Positions 13,701 to 28,700 of a stretch of DNA of 64,000 nucleotides are shown here, piece by piece. The position numbers and the translations under genes are program-made. The notes beneath the pieces were generated by a model. The model saw only the letters and a program-made list of their open reading frames with translations, did no database searches and was not told the origin of the DNA. This stretch comes from Leucoraja ocellata (lineage: Eukaryota). Positions within the stretch are counted from its first letter, which is position 1; each line of letters starts with the position of its first letter. The stretch lies in the NCBI GenBank assembly GCA_036785375.1, contig JAWMAR010000061.1, positions 9,238,001 to 9,302,000 on the forward strand, read 5' to 3'.

Positions 13701-16700
13701 TTGTATTTGCAGTCTAGCCCGAACCTTTAATACAGCCGGGTCCTTTATATTCATCGTAAAAATATTTCCTATTCCAGTCTATCGACGTATTGTGGAATCT
13801 GATGTGGGTGATTCTTTCTACATCCGGACTCACTTTGACTATGAGAAGGAATCTCCCTACGGCCTGAGCTTTAACCGCGGTGAGGTGTTCCGTGTGGTGG
13901 ACACACTCTACAATGGGAAGCTAGGTTCCTGGCTCGCCATCCGAATCGGCAAAAACCACAAGGAGGTGGAAAGGGGTATCATCCCAAACAGAAACAGGTG
14001 TGTGAAGAACTTCCACTCAGTAGCACTTTATTATTTTGTGATAAGCTTTGTAGAATTTGGATAAATGATTGCTCAATCGAACACTGATTTTCCAGTCCTG
14101 TTGAAATGGTTAGACACGAGCCACTCTGAATTGAAAACATAACTGTTGCAAGATATATTTCCATCTGTTCTCCTGAAAACAATAGCCTGAATATTAGAAA
14201 TTTGCCTTAAGAAAATCTTAACTTTTAACTTAAGGAAAAAGTGCAGCATGATGTAGTTTCTTGACATGGTCACTGGTTGATGTTGAAATTTGTCTGTGGT
14301 TGTACTCAGAGCCGAGCAGTTATCCAGCGTGCAGTACACACTTCCAAAAACGGCCGGTGGCGATCGTGCTGACTTCTGGCGCTTCCGTGGACTTCGCAGC
14401 TCGAAGAGAAACCTGAGGAAAAGCAGGGAAGACCTTTCAGCTCAGCCAGTTCACACTAAGTTCCCAGCTTATGAGAGGGTCGTCCTTCGAGAAGGTATTG
14501 ACACCTTCAAAATGAGCCTTCATGCAAAGGAAAGTTGATGTTGTCTCTCTGCCCCGGCCTCGCATTCTGTCATCACATAGTGCTTGGAAAGATCGTCTGA
14601 AACTGCACATAATATACAGGTCATGCTCTTGGGAGCAGGGCATATATTCCCCTTCAGCATGTGGAACTGTCGCCACTGAGGCATTTACTTTATTGGATTA
14701 ACATGAGTCAGTGCCGAGCGAGGGAGTGGGAGCTGAGGGTGGTCTTGGTTCATAGTCCATGCCCAGTGTGGGAGCAGAGAGTGGTCTCAGTTCACAGTCC
14801 GTGCCTGGTGGGGACAGAGGGCGATCTAACCTGTGCAGAGGCAACTTTGTGAAGCCAGTGTGTGAAGATTGCTCGACATCGAACGTTCCTGTTCCTGTCT
14901 ATAGTTGGTCATTTTGTCAGTTGACACGGGGGGGGAGGGGAGGGGAGGGGGAGGGCGGCACTCTGCAGAAGGCTGATCTCATTGTTGTGAGGGGGGTTTC
15001 TATATTGTCCAATCACCATGGCCAGGCAGGAAGAGCTGGTGTGTGTCCCAGCAGTAACATGGCCAGGATGTTGACACTGGTACCCTGCTTGTCACTCAAC
15101 CAGGGACAGGACAAGGGTTCATGCACGGCCTGGATGCTGGCATTTGCACCCGGCTTGTCACTCAACGAGGGACAGGACAAGTTCATGTAATAATGCAAAT
15201 ATGTTATAAACGTGCAGAAACTACTACTAAAATTATTTATGTGAGTGCACTTGAAGGCCTGCCTACTGTGGAATTGATGAGATGCAGCACTCAGTGTTCT
15301 ACATAGTTCCTGATGTGTATCTGTGCATCTTTGGTTTAATTGTCATTAACTGCCCCAAGTCTTTTTGGTGTAAAGTCAATAATATTGGATGAGCCCCACA
15401 TTACCTGCTCCTGCCATCGCCTGTCTTCATCATTTGTGCTCAGGATTTGACCCACAGCATGAATTGTCCAAACGTGTCGTAACTGCTGATTTACTTTATG
15501 TTGATAGTAATTAATTTGTTTGTCTTCAAGCTGGGTTCCTGCGGCCAGTGGTCATCTTTGGATCCCTTGCTGACATTGCTCGGGAGAAGCTTGCCCGAGA
15601 GGAGCCAAACCTGTATGAAATTGCAAGTAAGTTTCAGCTGCCTCCACCTCCCACTCTGTTTCTGTGTCATGGCTGGGCAAGAGCACTGTCCAGGAGAAGC
15701 CACTGCCGTGACTCTGGATGTCATCTGATGCCACGGAGCAGTTCTCTTCCCAGGTGTCAGATGGCAGCAACAAAGTGAGAGCTCTGCAGCCCAGCCCACC
15801 ACATCCATGCCATCTTTTTGCCCATCTACACCACACTCTTTGCCTGTATTCTTGCTTTTGATGCCACAACCATGCCTCTTATAATCCTGTATACTTCTAT
15901 CAGGTTATCCCTCAGTCTACTTTGTTACAGTGGAAACAAGCCCAGCCTATCCATGTGTAGGAAAGAACTGCAGATGCTGGTTTAAATCAAAGGTAGATGC
16001 AATGCTGGAATAACTCAGCAGATCAGAGAGCATCTCTGGAGAACATGGATAGGTGAGGTTTTGAGTCGGGACTCTTCTTCTGTCCAGCCTGAAGAAAGGT
16101 CCTGGCCTGAACCGTAACCTATCCATGTTCTCCAGAGATGCTGCCCAAACCCGCTGAGTTACTCCAACACTTTGTTTTGTTTTTTTGTAAACCAGAATCG
16201 GCAGCTCCTTATTTCAACATTCTAAGAAACGTGGAAAATGTGAATTAGCAATGAGACAAAATGTTTGCTTTGCTTTAAATGTTGAGTGGCTGACGTGGTC
16301 TGTTATGTCGCAGGGAGCGAGCCCAGAGATGCCGGCACGGATCAGCACAGCTCGGGTATTATCCGGCTGCACACAATCAAACAAGTCATTGACAGGGTAA
16401 GATGCCTTTCTGACGTTGCTGATGGACCAATTTATGTTTGTCGAGTCTGAAGTGATCTCTGTATTTACAATTGCCTTTTTGCTGTTGTAGGATAAGCATG
16501 CAGTATTAGACATTACTCCAAATGCAGTGGATCGGTTGAATTATGCTCAGTGGTACCCAATTGTACTATTTCTAAACCCTGATTCTAAGCAAGGCGTGAA
16601 AACAATGCGACAAAGACTCTGTCCCGAGTCTCGAAAGAGTGCTCGCAAGCTGTTTGAGCGTGCCTTGAAACTACGGAAGAACAATCATCATCTGTTCACG

Positions 16701-19700
16701 GGTGAGTGTAACATACAAACCTGAACATGGAACAAGTAATTAGACCACAGCATTGTGGCTACGTCAATATTGTAACAAATGTGACATAAATGTTTTACAA
16801 GTTGACAAGTGGTAAGAAGCAAAAGGGTGGTGTAATTTGGAACGAGCAGCAGTGTGTTGGGCAGGACTCTGCCTGATGGAGAAAAGTGGAAGCTGCACGG
16901 TGGTGATCGGGAGAGGGTTGTACATGCAGGTCAGAGATGGATGATGTTAATGGTGAGAATATGGTCAATGGAATGTGGCAAAGTAGAATACTACAATTAG
17001 AAATAGTCTGGTTGAGTCTTTACTTTAGAGATACATTGTGAAAACAGGCCATTCGACCCACCAAGTCCGTGCCGACCAACGATCACTATGTACTCTGCGC
17101 TATCCTACACACTAGGGACAAATTACAATTTTTACCGATGCCAATTAACCTACAAACCAGTACATCTTTGGAGTGTAGGAATAAACCGAAGCACTCGGAG
17201 AAAACCCACGAGGTCACGGGGAGAATGTACAAACTCCGTACAGACAGCATCTGCAGCCAGGATTGAACCCAGGTCTCTGGCGCTGTGAGACTGCAACTCT
17301 ACCACTGTGCCACCCTATTATTATTATTTTTTTAATCTCAAATTTATACCCATCAGTGTTTAGTGTTTGAGGTTTGACGAGAAAAAGATAGAGTTTGTGG
17401 ACAAAATTGAAGACTTTAGTTTTGCAGTAATTTGGAGTTAAAGCAACTGAATGTAGGTTGCTTGTTGTGACAGTGGAAGAGGTCTGGAGGGAGGTGGAGA
17501 TGGGTGTGCTGAGCCTGCACGTCGACACAAGCATGTGGTTGTGGATGAGAAAGGGGAAGAGGTCGTGAACAGACCGGTCCGATACGTCACCTATTCCTTC
17601 ACTCCATAGATGCTGCCTCACCCACTGAGTTTCTCCAGCATTTTTGTCTAGGTCTGATACTCAAAATCAAATTGTAGGTATCGGAGAGCAGCCGCTTTGG
17701 GATGATGCATCGTCACTGCATAGCATCACACGCCAAAGAAGCAGATCTTTGTCAATACTGTTTGTGTGAGAGCATTGTTACTTCTGCCAGAGTTGTCTGA
17801 TCCCCAGAATAATTATGAGCTGTGTTTGTGTTCTGTTCCTGCAGTTATATTGCAGGATGCAGGGTGAGTCAGGATCCTGAGACCAGCAGTTTAAACTTTC
17901 CAAAATTATCAATGGCCCGTTGTTCAACTTCTAAGTGTTGGAGTAAATTGTGCATTGTGTTACTGTGTCCGTTTATCGGGTGAACGTGGGGATTAAGTCT
18001 CTGCGCTTGGGTGTGATGGCCGTACACTGGTGTTTCCTGCTGATTGGGCAAGATATGCCGGGCATGCTGAGGGGAAGTTCATTGTTCACCTTTGTGCCAC
18101 TGCATCATGGATTCTCAACACACAACCTCATGTTTCGCTGTGTAGGAAGTTTGTGCAATCTGACATTTCGACCACAAATAAAGGCTGTTGGGGGAAAATA
18201 AGTGATAACAGTTTTCCTGACTTTTTTTTACAGCGAACATCAATTTGAATTCAATGAATGATGGCTGGTATGGGGCATTGAAAGAATCTGTCGAGCAGCA
18301 ACAGAACCAGTTAGTTTGGGTATCAGAGGGAAAGGTATGATGGAAGTTGTGCTTTTTAGAATGTTCCTTTCCCCTTGTTCCCACCAACCATGCGCCATGA
18401 GCTGCTGTATTAACGTTTAAAGATACAGCGCGGAAACAGGCCCTTCAGCCCACAGAGTCCACACCGATCAGCGATCCCGGTACACTAGCACTATCCTACA
18501 CACAAGGGATAATTTACCATTTTTACCGGAGCCAATGAACCTACAAACCTGTACATTTTTGGAGTGTGGGAGGAAACCTGAGCACCCAGAGAAAACCCTT
18601 GCGGTCACGGGGAGAACGTACAAACTCTGTGCAGACAGCGGCAGTAATCAGGATGGAACCCGGGTCTCTGGCGCTGTGAGGCAGCAACTCTACTGCTATG
18701 CCCACTGTGCCTCCCCTAGGTCACGAGGCAATTTAGGTAATGTAAACTACCCTTAACATCGTGAAATTCGTCCTTGAATTCACATGCTGGAGTACATACA
18801 TTCTTTGTCCGTGTATGGAAATTAATCAAACCCTGGAAATGTGTGGAGTTGAAATAAGCTGAAAGTAAAAGGAGCTGCAAAAGTACAATTATTGTACTTG
18901 GACTGGCCTCTAACTTCAACAAAGTGAAAATAAAGCCATTCCAGTCAGAACCTGTTTGAACCTGGCAGGGCCATGCTTCCCACGTCTGATCTCTGCCAAG
19001 TGGAATTGTTTCTGAAGAATAGCCACAAGTATCGTTTGATTGTTGCATTCCCCTATCTCGTTAAAGTTAATCTCCTACAAGAGAAGCCATGAGGGTGAAA
19101 GGTTATCATCTAAGTTATAGAACAGCACGGGGATAGGGCACTTGGCCCATGATGTCTGCGCCAAACATGAGGCTGACATAAACTAATCCCTTATGCCTGA
19201 AGACGATCCTCAACTCTCAATTCCCTGAACTCTGATCAGCTCTTTAAACAACTCCCACATGTCAGTCTAAAGAAGGCTCTCGACCCGAAATGTCACTCAT
19301 TCCTTCTCTCCAGAGATGCTGCCTGACCTGCTGAGTTACTCCAGCATTTTGTGTCTAATCCCACATGTCAGATTTGCCTACAGATGTACTCTTTGTAGCG
19401 TTTGCCTCATGTTGTACTCTGCTTTGTCCAAAGGTCCAAACTTATCCTTATCGTATCTTTGTCCTTATCTTAACATTTATGGGATTGTGATCACCGTTTC
19501 CATAATGCTCTCGCACTGAAATGCATGTAGCCCAGCCAGCCTCATTTCCCTATATATGGTCCCTCGTCCAGTTGACTATACAAAAAACCTTCTTGGATAT
19601 GCCCAACAAATTATTTGGTTAATAAACAATTTGCATTGTTAATGATCTAGCAGATGCCCAAATGCTGAAATGTTTTATTGAGTGAGTGTAGTTTGGACAG

Positions 19701-22700
19701 TTGCATGATTGTGTGCTCTGGTTTGGTGTGTTGTCTCATAGGCTGACGGTGCAGCAGAAGATGACCTTGACTTGCACGATGACCGTTTATCGTACCTGTC
19801 GGCTCCAGGTAGCGAGTACTCCATGTATAGCACAGACAGTCGGCACACTTCCGATTACGACGACACAGACACAGAAGGTGGTGCCTACACTGACCAAGAA
19901 CTGGATGAGACTCTCAATGATGATATTGGACTCACCGAGGCTGCCATAACTAGGTCTTCGGAGCCAGTAAGGGAAGATTCGTCGATGATGCACCCAGAAT
20001 CCATGCCGCAAGCATTCCCATCTTTGCCAGTACAAGTGCACACTGTTGATTCTTCTGCCTACAAACCTTTGCCGAATCAACCGGTGAGTCAGCCTGTGAC
20101 CAAAGCATTTTCGTTTATGAGTCGTCCTTAAATACAGGAGAGGTGCCGGGAGACTGGAGGGTGGCAAATGTTGCACCTCTTTTCAAGAAGGGATGCAAGG
20201 AAAATGCTGGGAACGATAGGCCAGTGAGCTGAACATCTGTAGTGGAAAGTTACTAGAGAGTATTCTGAGGGATAGATTATGCAGGCATTTGGATGGGCAA
20301 GGGCTGATGAGGGATAGTCGGCATGGTTTTGTATGTGGGAGGTCGTGTCTCACTAATCTGATTGATTTTTTTGAAGACGTGACCAAAAAGGTTGATGAGG
20401 GCAGAGCTGTAGATGTTGTGTACATGGACTTTATTAAGGCGTTTGACAAGGTTCTGCATGGTAGGCTGTTCTGGAAGGTTAGATCGCATGGGAGAGATAG
20501 CTGAATGGATAGCAAATTCAATCAATCTCTTCTGTCTGCACATGATCTATATCCCTCCATATCCAAATGCCCGCCAACAAGCTTCTTAAATCCTACTATT
20601 GTATCTGCCTCCACTATCACCCCTGGCAGCTCATTCTAGGCTCCCATCATTCTCTGTGCAAAACACATTTGCCCTGCATATCTCCTTTAAACTTTGCCCA
20701 ACTCTCCTTAAAGTTATGCCCTCTATAGTCTTTGACATTTCCACCCTGGGAAAACTGTCTTCTCTATCTGTCTCCAATAATTAACCTGGCTCATTTAGTC
20801 CAAGCCTTTCCTATCCACATAGCTGTCCAGGTGTCCTTTAAGTAGCATCATTCTAGTGAGATATCAGAATATCATGACAATCAAGCAGGATTGCCATGGT
20901 TTTATGATGAGATAATGTTGTTTGATGGGTGCTACTGTGCTTTGAGGATGTAGTGGGCTGGGCAGGTGGGAGGGGTCCAGTGGATGTTGTATAAGTGGAT
21001 GTCTAAAGGGCATTGGGTGAAGTGCTGGATGAGGTGTGAGAACGATGGGGTCTGTTAATGGTTGACCCGGTTTCTTTGAGTTCCATCAACTGTTAGACGG
21101 AGATGAAGGAAGGGCCTTGGCCTTGGAATTCTCCACCCAGAGAACTATGGAGGTGGTCATTGGCAGATATCGGACTGACAAAGCACAAGGGTACATAGAG
21201 TGGGGAAGTTGGTGTTGAGACCATGATGCACAGCCATGATTGTGTTGAATAGTGCAGGAAACGAGAGGCAGATTGGCCCTTTCATCTGTTGTATGTTCTT
21301 GGCAAACGGGCGGTGTAAAATAAGTTGGGCAGAATATCTGCAAAGTAGGTGATTATCTGATTTATTTGAAGGTGAGAGGCAGGCAGAATGATTTGTAGCT
21401 AGTGGTGACAATAGTGATGGGGATTGTGTTTGTCAGAGTTGTAAATTAATTTTGTTTTTAATGTTTTGATAAACTGTCCTGCATTATGCGAATTATTTAA
21501 GAATAGTGTTGTAATCGATGTTTCCCCCAAGGATGCACCTTGTAGGTACCGTGACTTGCATTAAACTATCTAATTTTATCTTGGACATTTCACAGAAAGC
21601 AGATATTCTTCCTGCAGTACTCAGTTCATCCCAGCAGCTTGAATCTATTCCTGTGGTGACAATGTCCCCCACAGTCAATGCCACAATAGATCTAAACAAT
21701 GTGAGACGTGAGGAGATGGCCTCTCCCTCCCACAGCAGCCCTGAGCCTCACATCGACCCCCACAGCAGCCCCAGCCCTGAGCCTCCAAGCTTCATTAATC
21801 CTGTCAGTCCAGAGAGGCTGAGAGATGCAGAACCGGCAGCAACTCGAACTGCAGAACCAACAAAGGTACCACTCACTTGCTGCAAACACCTTGCATGCCT
21901 ACTGCACACATCTGCTTGCTCATGTTCAACCACCTGCTCTCTCTCGTTTCCAAGCTAAACACTTTGCTGAAGTTAGAGGCCAGACCAAGTGTGTGGTAAG
22001 CAAATTAACAACCTTTATGATGCAGAAGGGAAAGTGGAGTTTGTAGTGCCCAAGCTCAAGAGATAGCACTGATCTGCCTAATTATTCTAATGAATATTAC
22101 ACAGGCACTAACTGTATTAACATTTTAAGTATATTTCTGAGTTTCCTTTCTAACAGCAGAATGTTATCCAAAGCATTACATTTTAAAAGCTAATAAAAGT
22201 TGATCCAATCGAGGGTAACATTAGACTCTCAGTATAACACTGTCTTAAGCAGTTTGAATAAGGGCTTTAACTCTGATATAGTTGGTTTGGCCTATACCTT
22301 GACTGTTCTGCTTGTGCATCTTTCCTCCAGTTTCTTACTGCTTCACTTCATTGCAAGGCTCTCTGCTGGGCTGGCCCCTGTACCAGTTGTGGACTGCAAG
22401 TAGTATTCTTGTGGCATGGGTGGAGGGCATCTTGCTCTCACGGCAGGCATCAGCATTGTTTTTGGACAATTTATTTTACTTAATCCTCACAGATCTGTTT
22501 CTAAATGAATATTCGTCTGGCTGTTCACTGCGATCAAGGGGTAGCTCTGAATTTAATGAGAGCAATGCAAGGTCAGCATTTGGTCTGCATTGTTTTCAAA
22601 TGTAACCTTTCTACTTTTTTTAAACATAGAAGTTGTAGGCATTCGATGCTGTGGGGAGAAAGTCGTATTGTCCTGAAACAATTGCATTTATAATCCAGTT

Positions 22701-25700
22701 TTATACAGACGCATTACTTTAATTGGAAAGAACGTTATGAATCATTGCATGAATTCAACTCATTACAATTGTGCTCAAAACATACAATCTTTCTGAGTCA
22801 CTGTTTAAAATTATTTGTTTAAAGTTGTTGATCTATGATTGAGACTGGTATTTGAAAGCTCCCATATTGAGCATATCCTAGGAGACAAAGTACTCCTGCA
22901 GCCATCAGTGCAAGGCCTCTGCATGGTGCTGAGACGTCAGCATGGTTGTTCGTGTTTCCCCTGAGTGAATGGCCACGGTTTAGACAGGAAAGTTAGTCGT
23001 GAAGGGGCCAGCTTCTCTTTCACTCTTCAGTAATGATACATGTGATGTCAATTCCTGCATTTAACATGTTGGATTGGTGTGTAGTCTAATTGTTGTGGCT
23101 TGGATAACATTTTCACACGGGTTTTGATGTAAAAACTTCAATTATAGTCAGCTTGAAGCAATCATCAACTTTAATGTGAAGAGCAAAACAGATGGGCTGT
23201 AAAGGTAAGTGACAATTTATTCTCCCCCACAAGCAGGCCTAGCTCGTTATAATTAGTGATCAGGCAGAGCTTTGGGTGGGCCAGATATCAACTAAATGGC
23301 TGCAGAGGGAGAGCTGATCAGCTGTCTTCAATCTAGTAATGCCATGCTGCATCTTAAAACACTTCTGTGTTGCCCAATGAGTTAACCAGACACATTTTAA
23401 AACGTACATTTGAAACCATCCAATTGAAGCAAAATTCAATTAAAAAAGGATACAAATATTGGAATTAAGGAAGGAACGGCAAATCCTGTCGTCCTGTGAA
23501 CAGATGTTAGAGGTGTCTCTGGATCGACAGTTGAATGGCAGGTTTGGAGCAAAGATCTGGAATTGTGTGGCAGGTAGTGAGACTGATGTGTACTCCAAAC
23601 CTTTCTGTGTTGTTTCTTCACATGAGTATCTGCACACTGCTACAGAGTTTCTCTCTTGTTGTGTAGATGTACAAGGACTCGCACAACGATGGCAATCTGG
23701 GTCGTAATTACGAGATGAAGCAGCCGATGGGCAACCACTCTGTACTGCGGTCTGAGAGAGCGAGGCCAAATAATGAACCTCCGCAGCAGCAGCAGCAGCA
23801 GCAGCACAGGGAATATGAGCAGCAGCACTTTGAGGAGCAACCTTACAGGCATCAATCACAAGCAAAATATGAACAGCTTCCTCCAAGTTATGGTTCTATT
23901 TCACATTACGATGAAAACATGCCCGGTTACAATGACAAGTGGCCACATTACCATGAAAAGCACACTCCCTACCAACCTGCCCCCTACTATGAGGATCAGG
24001 ATCCACAGGACTATGAGCCAAAGCACCAGGAACATTACCCAGATCGTGCCTACCCCCCACAACACGATGACCCATCGCCACCTTCAGGCCATGAGAACAG
24101 ACTGCCACGTTATGATAAGCCACTTAAAAATTACAAGCCACCACAGCCGCAGTTCACTGACCCACTCCTGCACGGCTATGACCCTCGGTCTCGATATGAG
24201 AGCAGTCAGCAGGCTTTCCACCCACCAGCGTCCAGATCTCCAGAACCTCAGCAGCAGTATTTTGATCCCCAGCCCTATGACCAGGGCCCACCTCAAGGCT
24301 ACAACTCTCTCCCCCGCCAGCTGGAGCTGGTCCATAACACGGATGTCTCCTTCCCCCCTCCTCCTCCCCCCCACAGTAAACCTGTCGACACTCTGCATTC
24401 GGTGGGTAGACAGCTTCCCCCTCCTGTAAAGCCACAGGTGGAGGAAGATGTGGATCCAGCAATGAAACCCCAGTCAGTCCTCACCAGGGTCAAACTCTTT
24501 GAAAGCAAGACAACTACTTCAATGAAGAGCAAGGACCCAGCAGAAATAATACCAGTAAGGGTAGGTTCATCTTTTAAAACTTACTATATGCAGTAATGTT
24601 TTTACAATGGCTTGATATAAAGCATAGTTTTAGAATTTTAATATAAAGTGAATGTTTGCACCAATTTCTACGCTGTTTGGATTTACCCCTAATATTGATG
24701 CTGGGCTTCAGTATGAGAGGATGTGGTTAGCGTAACTGATCTCCTAGGTGCTGTGTCAGACACGAGGCAGCCGCACTTCTGCTAATTCTAAAACATTCAC
24801 GTGGTTACATTTTGATCTAATGATCACTGTTTTTCTGAGAAAGTTATTTGAATTAATCTGCATTTGTAGTTGTCACATGCCTTTAAGTATGACTTTTCCA
24901 CGCCACATGTTTTTGTGCAAAAGCTGGTTTTGCTGGTCAAGTGAAATAATTTGCAATCTTTTTTGTATATCTGTTTTGACTGTCCTGATTTTGGTGTTGC
25001 AATGTTGAGAAGTACAGTATAAAATGGTTCACAAATGCTAGAAGAATGAACTGTAAGTGCTGGTATACAAAAAATGTGCTGGAGTAACTAGGTCAGGTGA
25101 ACACGGATTGGTGATGTTTCTGGTCGGGACCCTTCTTCAGACTTGAATACCAGTTTGAAAAATCAAGGGAATATTGATGTTCAGAGCAGATTTAGGAGCT
25201 GCTGGTACCGGGAAAGAGCTGCATGAAATGGTTGTCTTTCTATTTTACTAAACTGACAATTCTACTTCTAATGTGTAGGCAGTGCCTTTCTAAACATTAG
25301 AAGTAGATGGACACAAAATACTGGAGTAACTCAGCAGGACAGGCAGCATCTCTGGAGAGAAGGAATGGGTGACGGTTTGGGTCGAGACCATTCTTCAGAC
25401 CAAAGACCCGAAACATCACCCATTCCTTCGCTCCAGAGATGCTGCCTGGCCCGCTGAATTACTCCAGCGTTACTTCTAATGTTTTCTGCCTAGTCGCATC
25501 TTTTGGCTGAAACATTTCAAAACAAACCCAATTAAGTTGACTTTTAACCAGAAAGGCTCATTATTTGGCTAGGCCCATACCCATTCTGAAAACAAGTTAT
25601 TCTGCTATTTAAGGTGTGTTCCCAAGAGTGGTGTCAGAGCCACTGCCTGCAAAGGAGATTTTTCACATTAGTGAAAGGAAGACCATTTTCAACTGTCTTT

Positions 25701-28700
25701 TTGTTTGGCTGAATCATAGTCACTGTTGCACAATTTCAATTAATTCCAGCTGTTGAATTGGGATACATAGGTTGCTGTTTTTTGGTAGTGATGTTGATAA
25801 CTAGCATGCCAAGCAAGAGTTAGATGCTTGAAGCCATCCTGTTGAAATATATCTTTCTCAATTTTATACATGAGACTGTGGCTTGACTTTTGGGGACAAT
25901 AAATGAATTGTTACTTTGGTTTTATTGGAAAGTTGATTGTGGAGATGTTGACGATGATGTAACTTGTCTTCTTTCAGTCTCCTGAAGTTGCTCCTAAGCC
26001 TGTGTTACCTCCTGCTCCTGTTGCTGTTGCTGCTTCCAAGCCAATCTTTCAGTCTGCACCGGAGCAAGAAAAGCCTCCACATTTGTACAGGTACTGCCGT
26101 TGTATTCAACCTTTGTTCAATTATGTTATCTGGCCGATTGGACAGGAATTATTGGATTCATTACTTTTGGCCTTGGTACAGTGCTTTTGTATATAATCCT
26201 CATATTTTTGGATTCTCTGTCCCTGCATCTGATGTTCTTGCATTGATTTGTCCATGGGTATACAGCAACAATGTAAATGCTGCCCGAATGGACACTGGAG
26301 GTTCTGCAAATGCTTTGTGGGTTGAGCAAAACGTCAAAATTCAGACGTTAAAACAAGATGATGTTCCTGGTTGGGAGGCCTCGGCCAAAACCGCAGCTGA
26401 TCGCTATGACCTGCAGTAGCTGTTTTGACCCGATTTTAAAATGTCAGCATTGAAGTTTACATTAATTTCACATTTGGAGCATCGCACAGCTTCATTGACG
26501 GCCTCTGAAGGGAATGGGTCTGCTGGCTTTGGCCTCTAAATAGGCCGTAGTATGTAGAATGTGGATGAGAAAGTGGAATAACATAGAATGAGTGATTGAT
26601 GGTCAGCCTGAAGGCCTTGTTTCCATACTGTATCTGTAAACTAATCTAAATGGTCATGCTGGTTCAGGCTGAGCATAAATGCAAATTCTTTGTTATTTTG
26701 ACCTGGGATCATCTGCTGTTGAAATATTCTTACTGAATCATTCAGTAATTGACGTTATTCACCTGCAGGAGCTCGGAGCCTCCAATGAAGATTCTTGAAG
26801 AAACTTTACGATCAAACAGTTATAGCGCAGATGAAGATGAGGAAGATTATCGGAAGCAATTGTCTTATTTTGGCCGCAGAAACGTTGATCTGAAGCCTGT
26901 AACACATCTCCCTCCCAGCAGCTTCCCAGAGCCATCTAAATCATCTGACTTTATGCATCAGCCCAACTACCCCAGTTACCTGCCCAGGTAAGCACCAGCT
27001 GCACACGTTGAGGTTGAAATTATTGAAGGATGCTCTCAGGTTTCCTCACTCTGATCCTGAGATCTACAGTGACTGGAGATATAATGGGGATAATCTGACC
27101 AGGGTAAACGCAGACATGTGCATCCTTCACTGAAGTTGAAGACTAGTATCCTGTCTTCCACTGTGTAGTAGATAATAAAATACAACCTGTTGAAAGAATC
27201 AACAGCAAAGCAAGGAAAGATGTCTATTGCAATGCTATCAAGCATTATTTATTGTCCAAAAAGTGGGAATACAATTTATACCTAAGCTGTCATACTAAAG
27301 TTATGCAAAGTAAATGATGTAACTTCAGTAATTGTGGAGAAACCTCACCAATCATCTAACACTGTGGGTTTTATCACAGCACTGAATCCTTTTACCACCA
27401 CGATATGAGTGAGATGAGTCACTCCCTGTGACATCAAGATTACATTAGATGCCGTGTGCATCAAAGAGCCCTGTTAAAAGTGAAAATATTTAGCATTATA
27501 GTGAAATTGCAATTAGAACAAATCCCTGTGTTTGTTGGTCAGCTGTCTTGACCCATTTGTTAGCATCTTGCAGAAACTCTTCAAAACCCAATCATTTTTT
27601 GCAAATTCATCTTCCGTGTAAGGTCCGGTGTGAGGATGTTTGCCGATGAATGCACAATGTTCAACTCTCCGATTAGTCCTTCAGTCTTAAACGTCCCAGG
27701 AAGAGAGTGGAGGTAGCTACTCTGAACATTCAGTGGGTTCCTGATTATCAACGAGCTGAGATATAGCGGGCAAATTCTCGACTGGACTTAATGTGCTGAT
27801 ATCCCATGTATCATGGAGCCAATCTCATGACGTTCTAGGCAGGATCATGCATTGTGCTGGGACGTAAACTGTTTCACATGTCTCAGTCAGTGCAGTTTGT
27901 GTAGGGCCATGACCATTTCTGTTGTACTCTGCCAGAGTCCAATCTCATAGTGGATGAACTGCAGCAGGCTGCATTGAGGCATGTTGTTGATTTGTTTGAT
28001 GTCTGGCATGTTGTAAGAGCTGTCCTGTTATTCCCAGGAACACAACGGCAGAGTTTGACCACGTGATCAAGCCCAGCATCGCTGAGAAGAGATATGATTC
28101 TGGGTCCCAGCTGCCTGGCTTTCAGTCCCGTTATGGACCTCCACTGCAACCTGTGCACCCCAAGGTGTCTCCATCTGAAGGTAGGTTTGTGGCCTCCACT
28201 ATGTGTTGGGTCTATACCTAAAGATACCTAAATAACTGCTGCCTTTTTACTGACTGCCTTTGGAACAATGTGTATCCACAGAATTAATTAACTTAACAGT
28301 TGTAATTACAAATCCACCCTCAGTGGATCAACAAAAGTTGTGTTGTTTCATCAAAAGATATGTTACCATACTTGGGGACGAGCAAACTAACTGGCCCTTT
28401 TGTATGCCAACCATGTTACAGCCAGTGAGCTGAGATTTCCAGGCCCCTTTGCCTGTGAGCACCCGCTGTGTGCAAATCGCAGCAGTGAGAATGCTTCAGA
28501 GATGTTGGCTTAGCAGTGTAAAGACGAGCGCACCACTGAGGTTGTGGGAAATACTGCATAAATACACATTTTTATTCTGTAGCAGGGACATATATAATGA
28601 GGTTCCTGACTTGTTAATTTAATTTGATCTTGGTTTGGGGGCAAGTATTGGTCTGACACCAGGAGAAATAATGCTGGAACCTCTACATCAAGCTGGGATG

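Noticed and set aside
15001-15190. Duplicated gcttgtcactcaac.agggacaggacaag motif
   Set aside because: Simple two-copy local tandem duplication; similar ones occur at 9033-9090 and 45480-45567.
23773-24429. 218-aa overlapping alternative-frame ORF in the large TJP1 exon
   Set aside because: Expected by-product of biased Pro/Gln/Tyr codon usage; no independent support.
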